NCBI GenBank assembly: GCA_004556165.1
Contig: SFIR01000001.1
Span: 150,216-214,215 of the forward strand
Reading direction: 5' to 3'
Length of the DNA: 64,000 bases
Source: Clostridiales bacterium
GTDB lineage: Bacteria; Bacillota; Clostridia; Christensenellales; CAG-138
Shown: piece after piece, positions 54,842 to 64,000 of the stretch
Layout of the letters: each line of letters opens with the position of its first letter
Position numbering within the stretch: position 1 is the first letter of the stretch
Notes under the pieces: model-generated
The model's input: the letters and a program-made list of their open reading frames with translations, nothing else
What the model was told of the DNA's origin: nothing
Databases searched by the model: none
Made by a program: the position numbers and the translations under genes

Positions 54842-56199
54842 CGACTCACCGTATTGCGTATAATGTGCTCGACAGCGTTCTAAGAGGCGGCGCATATCTT
54901 AACCTTGCGCTCAAAGCCGGCCTGAAGGATACGGACAGCCTCACGGCTTCTTCCGTGACGGCAATTGTTTATACCGCGGTGGAGAATGTCAAGTATTCCG
55001 ACTACCTTATTTCACATTACACCAAGGGCAGGCTGCACGGAAGCATAAGGCTTATTCTCAGAATGGGTATTGCAGAGATTCTGTTTATGAATACCGCCTG
55101 TTATGCCGTATGCGATGAATGCGTGAAGCTGACAAAGGATATAGGGAAAAAAGAGCTGACGGGCTTTGTCAACGCAGTACTGCGCAGAGTGATAAGGGAA
55201 AGGGACGAGCTCCCCGAGCTTCCGAAGGACGATTCCGAGTATTTGCAGATCAAATACGGACTTCCCGATTTCCTTGCCGATGAATACATAAGGGAATACG
55301 GCAGGAGCTTTACCGAAGAAATGCTTTCGGGAAAATTCAGCCTTACCTGTGTACGCGCTCAGTATCCGCATACTGTGGATGAACTGACAGATAAGCTCAT
55401 TCCGAATGATCCGGTGATGAAGGAGCTTCCGTATCGCCACGGAAAGCTGGTATCCGATGCACTGATACTTGAAAAGGGTGGGGATATCGCTTCTTCCGAT
55501 CTGTTTAAGAAAGGAAGCATGGCGGTACAGAGCGAGAGCGCAATGCTCGTGTGCAGGATATGCAAGCCAGTTCGCGGAATGAGGGTGCTTGATGCTTGTG
55601 CTGCTCCCGGAGGAAAAAGCGCGTATCTTGCTTCGCTGATGCAGAATGATGGCGAAATAACCGCATGGGAGCTGCATGAAAACAGGGCGGAGCTTACAAG
55701 AAAAACAATTTCACGACTTCACGCCGATATAGTAAAATGCGAACAGCATGATTCGACCGTGTTAGATGAGAGCCTTATTGACAACATGGATCTCGTTCTG
55801 GCCGATGTTCCGTGCTCGGGCTTCGGAGTGGGCTCAAAACCCGATACCTATCTGAACAGAACAAACGAAGATATTGAAGAAATAAGAAAAATTCAGCAGG
55901 ATATTCTCCATGCGTGTTCGAAATATGTAAGACCGGGCGGTGGGCTTGTTTACTCAACATGCACCATCTCAAAGCGTGAGAATGAAGATAATGCCGCCTG
56001 GTTTTTGAAAACTCATCCCGATTTCATACCGGATGAGTTCAGCTCGCTTCTCCCGGAGGAGTATTCCGAAAGAAGCAAAAACGGAATGCTTCAGCTGTTT
56101 CCGCATCTTGACGGAACGGATGGCTTTTTCATTGCGAGATTTAAACGAAAGCAAAGTCAGAAGTCTGGCTGTATAGAGGAAATACCGGATGGAAAGTAA
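54838..56199 (+). CDS. rsmB: 16S rRNA (cytosine967-C5)-methyltransferase RsmB
   Basis: NusB-like N-terminal domain, SAM site DACAAPGGKS, and catalytic DVPCSG and TCT(I) motifs. TTG start. Confidence 0.92.
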   Translation: MTTHRIAYNVLDSVLRGGAYLNLALKAGLKDTDSLTASSVTAIVYTAVENVKYSDYLISHYTKGRLHGSIRLILRMGIAEILFMNTACYAVCDECVKLTKDIGKKELTGFVNAVLRRVIRERDELPELPKDDSEYLQIKYGLPDFLADEYIREYGRSFTEEMLSGKFSLTCVRAQYPHTVDELTDKLIPNDPVMKELPYRHGKLVSDALILEKGGDIASSDLFKKGSMAVQSESAMLVCRICKPVRGMRVLDACAAPGGKSAYLASLMQNDGEITAWELHENRAELTRKTISRLHADIVKCEQHDSTVLDESLIDNMDLVLADVPCSGFGVGSKPDTYLNRTNEDIEEIRKIQQDILHACSKYVRPGGGLVYSTCTISKRENEDNAAWFLKTHPDFIPDEFSSLLPEEYSERSKNGMLQLFPHLDGTDGFFIARFKRKQSQKSGCIEEIPDGK

Positions 56200-57265
56200 G
56201 ATCGTACAAAAGAACATTGAGCTTGCTTCTATGAACAGGGAAGAATTGACAAGCCTTATTTCCGAGCTCCGCGAGCCCGCATTCCGCGTCAAGCAGATTT
56301 CGGAATGGCTTTCAAGGGGCGTAAAGCCTGTGGATATGCTCAATATCCCCAAAACGCTTCGGGAAAAGCTCGCAAAGCTTCCCTTCGGCAGCGCTGAGAT
56401 AATCGAAACCAAGTATTCCTCAAAGGATTATACGGCAAAGATGATCTACGAGCTTGAGGACGGCAATATCGTCGAGGGAGTCCTGATGCGGTACAGCTAC
56501 GGGAATACCCTCTGCATCTCGACTCAGGCAGGCTGCAGGATGGGCTGTGCCTTCTGCGCTTCGACTCTGAACGGCAGAGTCAGAAACCTTACCGCCGGGG
56601 AAATGCTTTCGGAAGTCACCTCTGCCGAAAAGTATTTTCCGTGTCAGGACGGAAAAAAACGAACCGTTACTAATATTGTTATGATGGGGTGCGGTGAACC
56701 GCTCGATAATTACGATAACACAATAAGGTTTCTCGACCGCGTGACCGCAGAGGACGGTATCGGGATAAGTCCGAGGAATATTTCGCTGTCCACCTGCGGA
56801 ATAGTTCCCAAAATCTACAGCCTCATTGAAGATGCTCCGCATGTTACGCTCTGCATCTCCCTTCATGCGCCTAACGATGAGATACGCGATAAGCTCATGC
56901 CCATTAACCACAGCTACAGAATGGCCGAGCTGCTTCCTGCCGCCAAGCATTATGCCGACGTCACGGGAAGACGGGTTATATTCGAATATGCACTTGTGGA
57001 TGGGATAAATTCCTCTCAGGAATGCGCTGCCGAGCTTGCTGCAAAGCTTCGGGGAATAAACTGTCATGTGAACCTTATACCGCTCAACTCGGTCGAGGAA
57101 CGGCATTTGAACGGAGTCACAAGGAAATATGCCTATAAATTCCGGGACTGGCTTGAAGAGCTTCATATTTCCGCAACTGTCCGCCGCGAACTCGGCACTG
57201 ATATTGACGGCGCCTGCGGTCAGCTTCGCAATAAATTTGACGAGAGCAGGAGGAATGAACAATGA
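56189..57265 (+). CDS. rlmN: 23S rRNA/tRNA (adenine-C2)-methyltransferase RlmN (radical SAM)
   Basis: CRMGCAFCAS (CxxxCxxC), MGCGEPLDN and a C-terminal GTDIDGACGQL. Confidence 0.95.
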   Translation: MESKIVQKNIELASMNREELTSLISELREPAFRVKQISEWLSRGVKPVDMLNIPKTLREKLAKLPFGSAEIIETKYSSKDYTAKMIYELEDGNIVEGVLMRYSYGNTLCISTQAGCRMGCAFCASTLNGRVRNLTAGEMLSEVTSAEKYFPCQDGKKRTVTNIVMMGCGEPLDNYDNTIRFLDRVTAEDGIGISPRNISLSTCGIVPKIYSLIEDAPHVTLCISLHAPNDEIRDKLMPINHSYRMAELLPAAKHYADVTGRRVIFEYALVDGINSSQECAAELAAKLRGINCHVNLIPLNSVEERHLNGVTRKYAYKFRDWLEELHISATVRRELGTDIDGACGQLRNKFDESRRNEQ

Positions 57266-58071
57266 TCTATGCTTATCGCACCGATATTGGTCTAAGGGAA
57301 TCCAATCAGGATTGCTTTTATGTACCTAAGGACGGGAATAAACCATTTGTTGCAGTTGCCGACGGCATGGGCGGACACCTTTCAGGCAATGTCGCAAGCC
57401 TGATCGCGACCGATTCGGTTCGCGACTACATAGAAGCCGAGAGCGGAAATCCACGGAAAACGCTGCTTTTGCAGCATGCGATGAACCATGCAAACGCAAA
57501 GGTATTTGAAGCATCAAAGACCGAGGGCTGCGAGGGCATGGGCACGACCCTTGTAATGGCGTACCTTGAGGAGAAGAGCTTTTATTACGCAAATGTCGGC
57601 GACAGCAGGCTGTATCATTTCAACGGTACGGAGCTGAAACAGCTCACCGAAGATCATTCGCTCGTCCGCGAACTTGTGCAGACTGGAATAATTACCGACG
57701 CGCAGGCGGAAAAACACCCCATGCGCAACATACTGACCCGTGCGCTCGGCACCGAACAATATCTGAAAGCGGATGTATCCTCAGGCAAATGGGAAAACGG
57801 GGATGTTCTCATGTTTTCGACCGACGGACTTCACGCATGCGTACCCAAAAAGGAGATCATATGGGCATTGAAAGAGGGAAAGGATCTGTTTGACTGCTGT
57901 GACCTTTTGGTGGAGCTTGCAATCTGGTACGGCTCTACGGATAATATCACCGTTGTGCTTGCAAAGAATGACTGTAATTTCCCGATTGAGGAAAATGCTT
58001 CGCTCCCATCGCAGGGTTCTTACTACTATAGCTCCCTGAATCCCAAGAACGGAGGACAGTGCAATGATTGA
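57262..58071 (+). CDS. PP2C-family Ser/Thr phosphatase (Stp/PrpC)
   Basis: NQDCF, ADGMGGH, GTTLV, STDGL and DNITVV motifs. Confidence 0.92.
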   Translation: MIYAYRTDIGLRESNQDCFYVPKDGNKPFVAVADGMGGHLSGNVASLIATDSVRDYIEAESGNPRKTLLLQHAMNHANAKVFEASKTEGCEGMGTTLVMAYLEEKSFYYANVGDSRLYHFNGTELKQLTEDHSLVRELVQTGIITDAQAEKHPMRNILTRALGTEQYLKADVSSGKWENGDVLMFSTDGLHACVPKKEIIWALKEGKDLFDCCDLLVELAIWYGSTDNITVVLAKNDCNFPIEENASLPSQGSYYYSSLNPKNGGQCND

Positions 58072-59491
58072 CTCCGTTATCAATGAAAGGTACAGGATAG
58101 AATGCGAGATCGGCTCAGGCGGCATGGCGGATGTCTATAAAGCATTTGATATCGTTGAAAAACGCTTTGTTGCGCTGAAACTCATAAAGGCGGAGTACTG
58201 CGTTGATCCTAAATATGTAAAGAGATTTGAAAAAGAAGCCAATACGGTTCTTAATCTAAGGTGCAGGAATATTGCCTGTGCGTACGATTACGGAATATAC
58301 CTCGACCGTGACGGCGTTGAAAGAAGCTATATAGCGCTTGAATATGTTGAGGGCTGCAATCTCAAGGATTCTATCAAGGAGCATGGACCTGTCAGCCCGA
58401 GGATGGCGGAAAAGCTAATCCTGAGCGTGCTTGACGCTTTGGAATGTGCGCATAATGCGGGATACATCCACAGCGATGTAAAGTCGCAGAACATATTGAT
58501 AGCAACCGATAAGACTGTCAAGCTTACCGATTTCGGTATTGCTAAGGACGCGGCGTCCAACACCCAGAATTACGAAGGCCCCGACGTCGTCGGTTCGGTA
58601 CACTATATTTCACCCGAGCAGGCGAACGGCGAGAAGGTCGAAAAACAGAGCGATATATATTCTGCCGGAATAGTGCTCTATGAAATGCTGATCGGCAGAA
58701 CTCCGTATGACGGGGATAATGCCGTACAGGTCGCACTTCAGCATATAACGGGTACAATTACGCCGCCGATGGAAATTGATCCGAGTATTCCTCCCGCTCT
58801 GAGCGATGTCGTCATGAAAGCGACCGCAAAGAATCCCTCCGACAGGTATGAGTCGGTAACGGAGATGAAAAAGGATATAAATAAAGCCATTTTTCATCCC
58901 AACAGGAGATTGGCTTCGATACCGGATGAGCACGGAGCAGAACCTTCGGACAAGGGAAATACACGGCAAAAGACTCATGTATGGAATGTGGTCATACCCG
59001 TTGTTGCCGCTGTTGCAATGGTAGTGGGTATTTTCGTGGTCTGGTTTGCCCTGATGTCCAATAGGAGCGCGAAAAATAAGTATACAAGGGTTCCGGATCT
59101 TTGCGGCAAGACCAAGCAGCAGGCGGAACAGCTTTTGAATCAAAGGGAGCTTAGCCTTACCGTTTGCGGCACGACCTATTCGGATGATTACCCCGAAGGA
59201 ACGGTGTGCGGGCAGGAACCGGTTGAAGGGGTTTCCATCGAAAAGGGTTCAAACGTTACTGTCTACATCAGTGAAGGAAGCAATATCGTGCAGATGGTGA
59301 ATTTAGTCGGAATGACTCTTGATGAAGCAACCGCTGCTTTGAGAAAATTGGGCTTGAATGTAGGGAATGTAACCTATGTCGAAAGCGACGCAGCCCCGGG
59401 TACGGTGATATGGCAGTCCGTATCTCCGAACAGGGACATCGTTATCGGCGATGAAGTCGATATCGAGATAAGTCTCGATGCAAACAGGTAG
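58064..59491 (+). CDS. prkC: Ser/Thr protein kinase with two PASTA domains (PrkC/IreK-like)
   Basis: GSGGMADVYKA, VALK and DFG motifs. The catalytic loop reads HSDVKSQN, which is non-RD. The kinase domain is followed by a TM helix and two PASTA repeats. Confidence 0.93.
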   Translation: MIDSVINERYRIECEIGSGGMADVYKAFDIVEKRFVALKLIKAEYCVDPKYVKRFEKEANTVLNLRCRNIACAYDYGIYLDRDGVERSYIALEYVEGCNLKDSIKEHGPVSPRMAEKLILSVLDALECAHNAGYIHSDVKSQNILIATDKTVKLTDFGIAKDAASNTQNYEGPDVVGSVHYISPEQANGEKVEKQSDIYSAGIVLYEMLIGRTPYDGDNAVQVALQHITGTITPPMEIDPSIPPALSDVVMKATAKNPSDRYESVTEMKKDINKAIFHPNRRLASIPDEHGAEPSDKGNTRQKTHVWNVVIPVVAAVAMVVGIFVVWFALMSNRSAKNKYTRVPDLCGKTKQQAEQLLNQRELSLTVCGTTYSDDYPEGTVCGQEPVEGVSIEKGSNVTVYISEGSNIVQMVNLVGMTLDEATAALRKLGLNVGNVTYVESDAAPGTVIWQSVSPNRDIVIGDEVDIEISLDANR

Positions 59492-59505
59492 AAAGGAAGC
59501 GCGAT

Positions 59506-60402
59506 TTGGAAAAAGAGTGCAAAACGGGCATAATCCTCAAGGGCGTGGGCGGTTTTTACACCGTTCTGTCCAACGGAATGAGCTTTGTCTGTAAAGCAAG
59601 AGGTCTGTTCAGAAAGCAGAATCAAACTCCGATTGTCGGGGATAATGTCAGCTTCAGCCTTAATGCCGACGGCGAAACGGGGTACCTTTTGAGTATCGAA
59701 GCAAGAAAAAACGAGCTTATTCGTCCTATGGTCGCAAATATAGATAAGCTGTTCATTGTGGTTTCCGCAAGCAAGCCGGCTGCGGATCTGCTGCTTGTGG
59801 ATAAGCTCCTGCTCTGCTGCGAGAAACTAAGAATTGAGCCTGTTCTTATAATCAATAAATGCGATGATGCCGATGCCGCAGCTACAGACGGAATAAAGAA
59901 GGAATACAGCCTTACGGGTTATAGGATCTATACTGTTTCTGCTGTGACCGGGGATGGGATAGAGGCACTAAGAAGCGAGCTTGAAGGCTCGGTCGTCTGC
60001 TTTGCAGGGCAATCCGCAGTCGGGAAATCGTCGCTATTAAATGCGCTCATACCGGGAATGAAGCTTGAAGTCGGCGAGCTGTCAAGAAAGACCGAGAGGG
60101 GAAGGCATACCACAAGGCATGCAGAGCTTATCCCTATCGGAAACGGAGGCGCTGTGCTCGACACACCGGGATTCAGCCTGCTGGAGAATATAGAATGTGA
60201 GCCGGAAGAGATTAAAAACCTGTATCCGGAATTGCGCAGGCATGTTTTTGAATGCAGATTCTCGGGCTGTCTGCATATATCCGAGCCCGGCTGCGTGGTC
60301 AAGGAAGAAATCGTAGGCAGGGATTTTGACAGCGAACGCTACAACAGGTATGTACGGCTCGTCAAAGAAGCCATGGAAAACAGAAAGCATAAATATGAAT
60401 AA
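59506..60402 (+). CDS. rsgA: Ribosome small-subunit-dependent GTPase A (RsgA/CpgA)
   Basis: OB N-terminal domain, permuted GTPase motifs (NKCD then GQSAVGKSSLLN), and a zinc-knuckle CRFSGCLHISEPGC. TTG start. Confidence 0.92.
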   Translation: MEKECKTGIILKGVGGFYTVLSNGMSFVCKARGLFRKQNQTPIVGDNVSFSLNADGETGYLLSIEARKNELIRPMVANIDKLFIVVSASKPAADLLLVDKLLLCCEKLRIEPVLIINKCDDADAAATDGIKKEYSLTGYRIYTVSAVTGDGIEALRSELEGSVVCFAGQSAVGKSSLLNALIPGMKLEVGELSRKTERGRHTTRHAELIPIGNGGAVLDTPGFSLLENIECEPEEIKNLYPELRRHVFECRFSGCLHISEPGCVVKEEIVGRDFDSERYNRYVRLVKEAMENRKHKYE

Positions 60403-60431
60403 AAAATACTTTGATATGAAAGGCAAAAGAC

Positions 60432-61079
60432 ATGATTAAAATAGCGCCCTCCATCCTCTCTGCGGATTATGCGGCTCTCGGCGAAGCAGTTGACAGGCTT
60501 TCAGATTGGAAAGCGGATTATGTACACCTTGATGTAATGGATGGGGCTTTTGTTCCGAATATTACCTTCGGGGCGCCGATGTGTAAGGCACTCAGAAAAC
60601 ACAGCGATCTTGTTTTTGATGCGCATCTCATGGTGGACAGGCCCTCGGAATGGATACAGGCCTTTAAGGATGCAGGTGCGGATATCGTTAGCATCCATGC
60701 GGAAGCCGACCGCCATGCGCACAGGACGCTTAACTACATACGAAGCCTCGGCATGAAAGCCGGTATTGCAATAAACCCGGGGACTGCTCCGGAAAGCATT
60801 GAGTACCTGCTTGAAAGCTGCGATATGGTGCTTGTTATGACCGTAAATCCCGGCTTCGGAGGGCAGAAATTCATTCCGGAAGCTGCTAAGAAAATCGCAG
60901 TAATAAGGAAGATGCTTGATGACCGCGGGCTCACCGATGTTGAAATAGAGGTTGACGGCGGAGTGAATACGGAAACCGCAAAGCTTTGCCGTGATTACGG
61001 TGCAACCGTGCTCGTTGCGGGAAATGCGGTATTCTCTTCACCCGATCCCAAGAAGACTATTGAACTACTGAGAGGCTGA
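60432..61079 (+). CDS. rpe: Ribulose-phosphate 3-epimerase
   Basis: [28 protein letters not shown] and VDGG motifs. Confidence 0.95.
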   Translation: MIKIAPSILSADYAALGEAVDRLSDWKADYVHLDVMDGAFVPNITFGAPMCKALRKHSDLVFDAHLMVDRPSEWIQAFKDAGADIVSIHAEADRHAHRTLNYIRSLGMKAGIAINPGTAPESIEYLLESCDMVLVMTVNPGFGGQKFIPEAAKKIAVIRKMLDDRGLTDVEIEVDGGVNTETAKLCRDYGATVLVAGNAVFSSPDPKKTIELLRG

Positions 61080-61080
61080 A

Positions 61081-63513
61081 ATGGCAAAAAAGACCAATCC
61101 GATAGAAAATATACACGAGAAGCAGATTTTCGTACGCAGCATGGACGATGTAATGCATCAATCCATGCTCCCGTATGCAGAGCATGTAATCCTTGAGCGT
61201 GCTTTGCCGCGCGTTGAAGATGGCTTAAAGCCCGTACAACGCAGAATACTCTACACCATGATGGAGCTTTCGCTTGCGCCTGACAAGCCTCACCGCAAGA
61301 GCGCCCGTATCGTCGGCGATTGCCTCGGTAAATATCACCCCCACGGCGATACATCGGTCTATGATGCAATGGTCCGCATGGCGCAGGATTTTAATATGCG
61401 CGTACCGCTCGTTGACGGGCATGGTAACTTCGGAAGCATGGACGGGGATACCGCTGCCGCAATGCGTTATACCGAAGCCAGAATGACCCCTGCCGCCATG
61501 CAGCTACTTCGGGATATTGATAAGGATACGGTTAAATTCGGACTTAACTTTGATGATACTCTAAAGGAACCGGATTTGCTCCCGGGAAGATTTCCGAATC
61601 TCCTCATTAACGGTTCAAACGGTATTGCAGTAGGTTTGACTACCAGCATACTTCCGCATAATCCGCATGAAGCCATTGATGCTGTAATTGCGAGAATAAA
61701 GAACCCTGAGATAACGGTGGATGAGCTGATGAAGATAATGCCATGCCCGGATTTTCCGACGGGCGGATATATTATCAATTCCCCCGAGATCAAAACATCG
61801 TATGAAACGGGCAGGGGCAAGCTGATAAATCGGGCTAAGACTCATTTTGAGCCGCTGAAGAACGGCAAAACAAATATCGTTATCACTGAATTCCCATATC
61901 AGGTCAACAAGGCCTCGGCACTCGAAAAAATACTCGGACTTGTGCAGACTAAAAAGGCTCAGTTCTCCGGAATTTCGGATATCAGGGACGAGTCCGACCG
62001 CACGGGAATCCGTGCAGTTATCGAAGTCAAGAAGGATGCCGATCCGCAGAAGGTGCTCAATGCGCTTTTCAAATATTCGGATCTTCAAAAGACGGCGAGC
62101 GTGATAATGGTCGCTATTGCGGATGGCAAGCCCAAGCTTCTGAGCCTTCCCGAAATGCTTGATTACTATATCAAGCATCAGGAGAATGTTGTCACAAGAA
62201 GATGCAGCTCGGAGCTTGAACAGGCGGAGCGCCGTGCTCATATTCTGCAGGGTCTGATGATTGCGCTTCTCAATATTGATGAGGTGATTGCGCTCATTCG
62301 TGCTTCAAAATCCCCAAAGGAAGCGAAGCAGGGCTTGGTGGAAAGATTTGACCTTACCGCTATACAGGCTGATGCCATACTCGATCTGAGGCTGCAAAGG
62401 CTTACCAATCTTGAACAGCTTGAGATTGAGCGTGAATGTAAAGACACCGAAAAGCAGATCAAACGCCTGAAGGATATCCTCGGCTCAAAATCGAAGCTCG
62501 ATAAGCTCATAGTTGATGAGCTTACAGAAATACGAGGCATAATCGCTTCCGAACGCCGTACCGTACTCATAGATGCAGATACCGAAACGGGCGAAGAACC
62601 CGAAAACATCGCAGCTGCCGAGCCAATGTGCCTGCTCATGTACGCAGATAATAAGCTAAGGAGGCTTCCTCCTAAGCTTGTGACTCCGGAATTCCTTACG
62701 CAGGAAAAGCCTATAAAGGTCTTCAGCACAGCGACTGACAGGATGCTCAGGCTCTTTACCACTCACGGCGCGCTTATCAGCATTTCTATGGGTGATATTC
62801 CGGAGAGCAGGATAAATCAAAAACCCACAAACCTTTCCGCTCTTACCGAGCTTGAAAAGGATGAAAAAATACTGAGCGCCTTCGATGATGATTTCACTTC
62901 TGGAAAGCTGTATTTCTATACGAGAAACGGGCTTGTGAAGTGTACCGAAGCGAACGAGTATGCGACAAAGACGAAGCGCATCGCCGCAGTCACGCTGAAG
63001 GATGATGACGCGCTGATCGGAGTCGAACACTATGATAACGACAGCGATGCAATAATGCTTGTAACGAGTCAGGGCATGAGCATAAGGTTCGACTCGGCAT
63101 CCGTACCGGTTACGGGAAGGACGAGCTCCGGCGTCAAGGGAATCAAGCTTAATGATAATGATTTTGTTATCTTTGCTGCCCATGTACCCGATGAGGGCGA
63201 ATTATTGACCGTTACCGATCGTGGCTGCATGAAACGCAGTTTCATCTTTGATCACGATATTCAGGGCAGGAACGGTAAAGGCGTTCTCTGCTTCAGCTTC
63301 AAAAAGAACGGCGCAAACGGCACAAGGCTCGTTGCCGCCATTCATGTGACGACTCCCGTTGATCTGGTTGCAGTCCAGCTGCACGGCGAAGAAACCCCCT
63401 TCAATTCGGAGGAGGTTCGTATTGAGGATCGCGCCGGCAAGGGTCAGCTCATGGTAATGGTACTCATGGATAACGTGGTAACATCCGTGAGCATGAAATC
63501 ACCTGCTATCTGA
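61081..63513 (+). CDS. Type IIA topoisomerase subunit A (ParC/GyrA-like; probable topoisomerase IV subunit A)
   Basis: [18 protein letters not shown] and the active-site Tyr in [10 protein letters not shown], plus a beta-pinwheel C-terminal domain. I saw no obvious GyrA box. Confidence 0.9.
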   Translation: MAKKTNPIENIHEKQIFVRSMDDVMHQSMLPYAEHVILERALPRVEDGLKPVQRRILYTMMELSLAPDKPHRKSARIVGDCLGKYHPHGDTSVYDAMVRMAQDFNMRVPLVDGHGNFGSMDGDTAAAMRYTEARMTPAAMQLLRDIDKDTVKFGLNFDDTLKEPDLLPGRFPNLLINGSNGIAVGLTTSILPHNPHEAIDAVIARIKNPEITVDELMKIMPCPDFPTGGYIINSPEIKTSYETGRGKLINRAKTHFEPLKNGKTNIVITEFPYQVNKASALEKILGLVQTKKAQFSGISDIRDESDRTGIRAVIEVKKDADPQKVLNALFKYSDLQKTASVIMVAIADGKPKLLSLPEMLDYYIKHQENVVTRRCSSELEQAERRAHILQGLMIALLNIDEVIALIRASKSPKEAKQGLVERFDLTAIQADAILDLRLQRLTNLEQLEIERECKDTEKQIKRLKDILGSKSKLDKLIVDELTEIRGIIASERRTVLIDADTETGEEPENIAAAEPMCLLMYADNKLRRLPPKLVTPEFLTQEKPIKVFSTATDRMLRLFTTHGALISISMGDIPESRINQKPTNLSALTELEKDEKILSAFDDDFTSGKLYFYTRNGLVKCTEANEYATKTKRIAAVTLKDDDALIGVEHYDNDSDAIMLVTSQGMSIRFDSASVPVTGRTSSGVKGIKLNDNDFVIFAAHVPDEGELLTVTDRGCMKRSFIFDHDIQGRNGKGVLCFSFKKNGANGTRLVAAIHVTTPVDLVAVQLHGEETPFNSEEVRIEDRAGKGQLMVMVLMDNVVTSVSMKSPAI

Positions 63514-63775
63514 TAGCGTCAAGTATCTGCCTCAGCTTTGCCTGCTGCTCCTCATTCAGATACGGCAGGATGCTGTTTTCGGCAGCCGAAAGCTCTGCTT
63601 CGCTGAATTGTCCGCTGCGCTTCTGCTGATCGGTAACTTTTTTAAGCTCGCTCATCAGCTCGCTTTCACTGCGTCCGCCGTATTTTTGCATAAGTTCATC
63701 AACGTTTTTTCTGAGTTCAGGGGAATCCGAAGGTGATTGGGGCTTTTTCGCTCCGTTCTTGATGCTCTTTGCCAT
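63506..63775 (-). CDS. Hypothetical small protein (89 aa)
   Basis: ATG with an upstream GGAGG (minus strand). The product is charged and helical. Its 3' end overlaps the topoisomerase gene by 8 nt in convergent orientation. Confidence 0.45.
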   Translation of the reverse strand: MAKSIKNGAKKPQSPSDSPELRKNVDELMQKYGGRSESELMSELKKVTDQQKRSGQFSEAELSAAENSILPYLNEEQQAKLRQILDAIR

Positions 63776-63869
63776 ACTGCCTCCAAATAGCTTTGTAGTA
63801 TTTATTTATGCACACTCATCCCAAAGCGTGAATATTCTGTTTATAGAAATCGCAAGCGGAGGAATAAAA

Positions 63870-64000
63870 ATGCAAAGAGTTCCGGTAAGACAAAGGCAGC
63901 ATATGATGCCGCAGCAGAATCAGAGGCAGCAGAGCATGAACGATACTTCGCCGGCACTGCTCCTTGCAAGGCGCGTTCGTTCGGAGCAGGGCGTGGAGCA
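63870..64000 (+). CDS. Partial hypothetical CDS (5' end only, runs off the window)
   Basis: ATG 63870 lies 7 nt after GCGGAGGAA. The open frame MQRVPVRQRQHMMPQQNQRQQ... continues to the window end and is not in the supplied ORF track. Confidence 0.3.
   Translation, partial: MQRVPVRQRQHMMPQQNQRQQSMNDTSPALLLARRVRSEQGVE

Noticed and set aside
56420-57262. A 280-aa minus-strand ORF inside rlmN. Similar long antisense ORFs occur at 29735-30493 (adh), 45596-46342 (cysteine desulfurase), 25938-26684 (FtsX permease), 24098-24817 (SDR) and 13817-14437 (rnhB/yraN).
   Set aside because: Each lies fully within, and antisense to, a gene with clear family motifs. None has a convincing start context or domain signature.

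Overview
This is a chromosomal segment from a Firmicutes/Clostridia genome. The gene order is Bacillus/Clostridium-type, and one type-I dockerin protein hints at a Ruminococcus-like cellulosome or amylosome producer; that taxonomic call is inference only. Most of the window consists of conserved housekeeping blocks. The first is ylxM-ffh-rpsP-KH-rimM-trmD-rplS-rbgA-rnhB-yraN. The second, on the minus strand, is nadD::yqeK-rsfS-dnaX-hisS. The third, also on the minus strand, is PBP1A-cysteine desulfurase-thiI. The fourth is def-fmt-rsmB-rlmN-stp-prkC-rsgA-rpe-parC-like. Single genes include gap, lplA, sdaAB/AA, pduL, ireB and tRNA-Ala(GGC). Accessory modules lie between these blocks:
- a CadC/HMA/P1B-ATPase metal-efflux operon with two operator dyads
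- an acyl-CoA dehydrogenase with EtfB and a ferredoxin-fused EtfA
- a MacB/FtsX-type ABC exporter whose permease carries a very long coiled-coil insert
- a Fe-ADH next to a LysR regulator
- an orphan lipoprotein solute-binding protein next to a membrane-tethered LuxR-type regulator
- several small unknown (lipo)proteins
- a 986-aa dockerin protein made of repeated beta-sandwich-like modules

I found no CRISPR array, rRNA, transposase, integrase or prophage. The observations most worth a second look are:
- an E. coli-like A AAA AAG slippery heptamer in dnaX with a -1-frame stop two codons downstream, at the expected gamma/tau boundary
- the solute-binding protein plus transmembrane LuxR pair, as a possible ligand-sensing unit
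- the coiled-coil MacB-like permease
- a nested roughly 130-nt RNA-like structure between two paralogous lipoprotein genes
- an ACP-fold protein whose phosphopantetheine serine is replaced by Glu
- a Cys-rich C-terminal extension on PBP1A

All functional calls rest on motif recognition by eye. No database search or folding computation was run.
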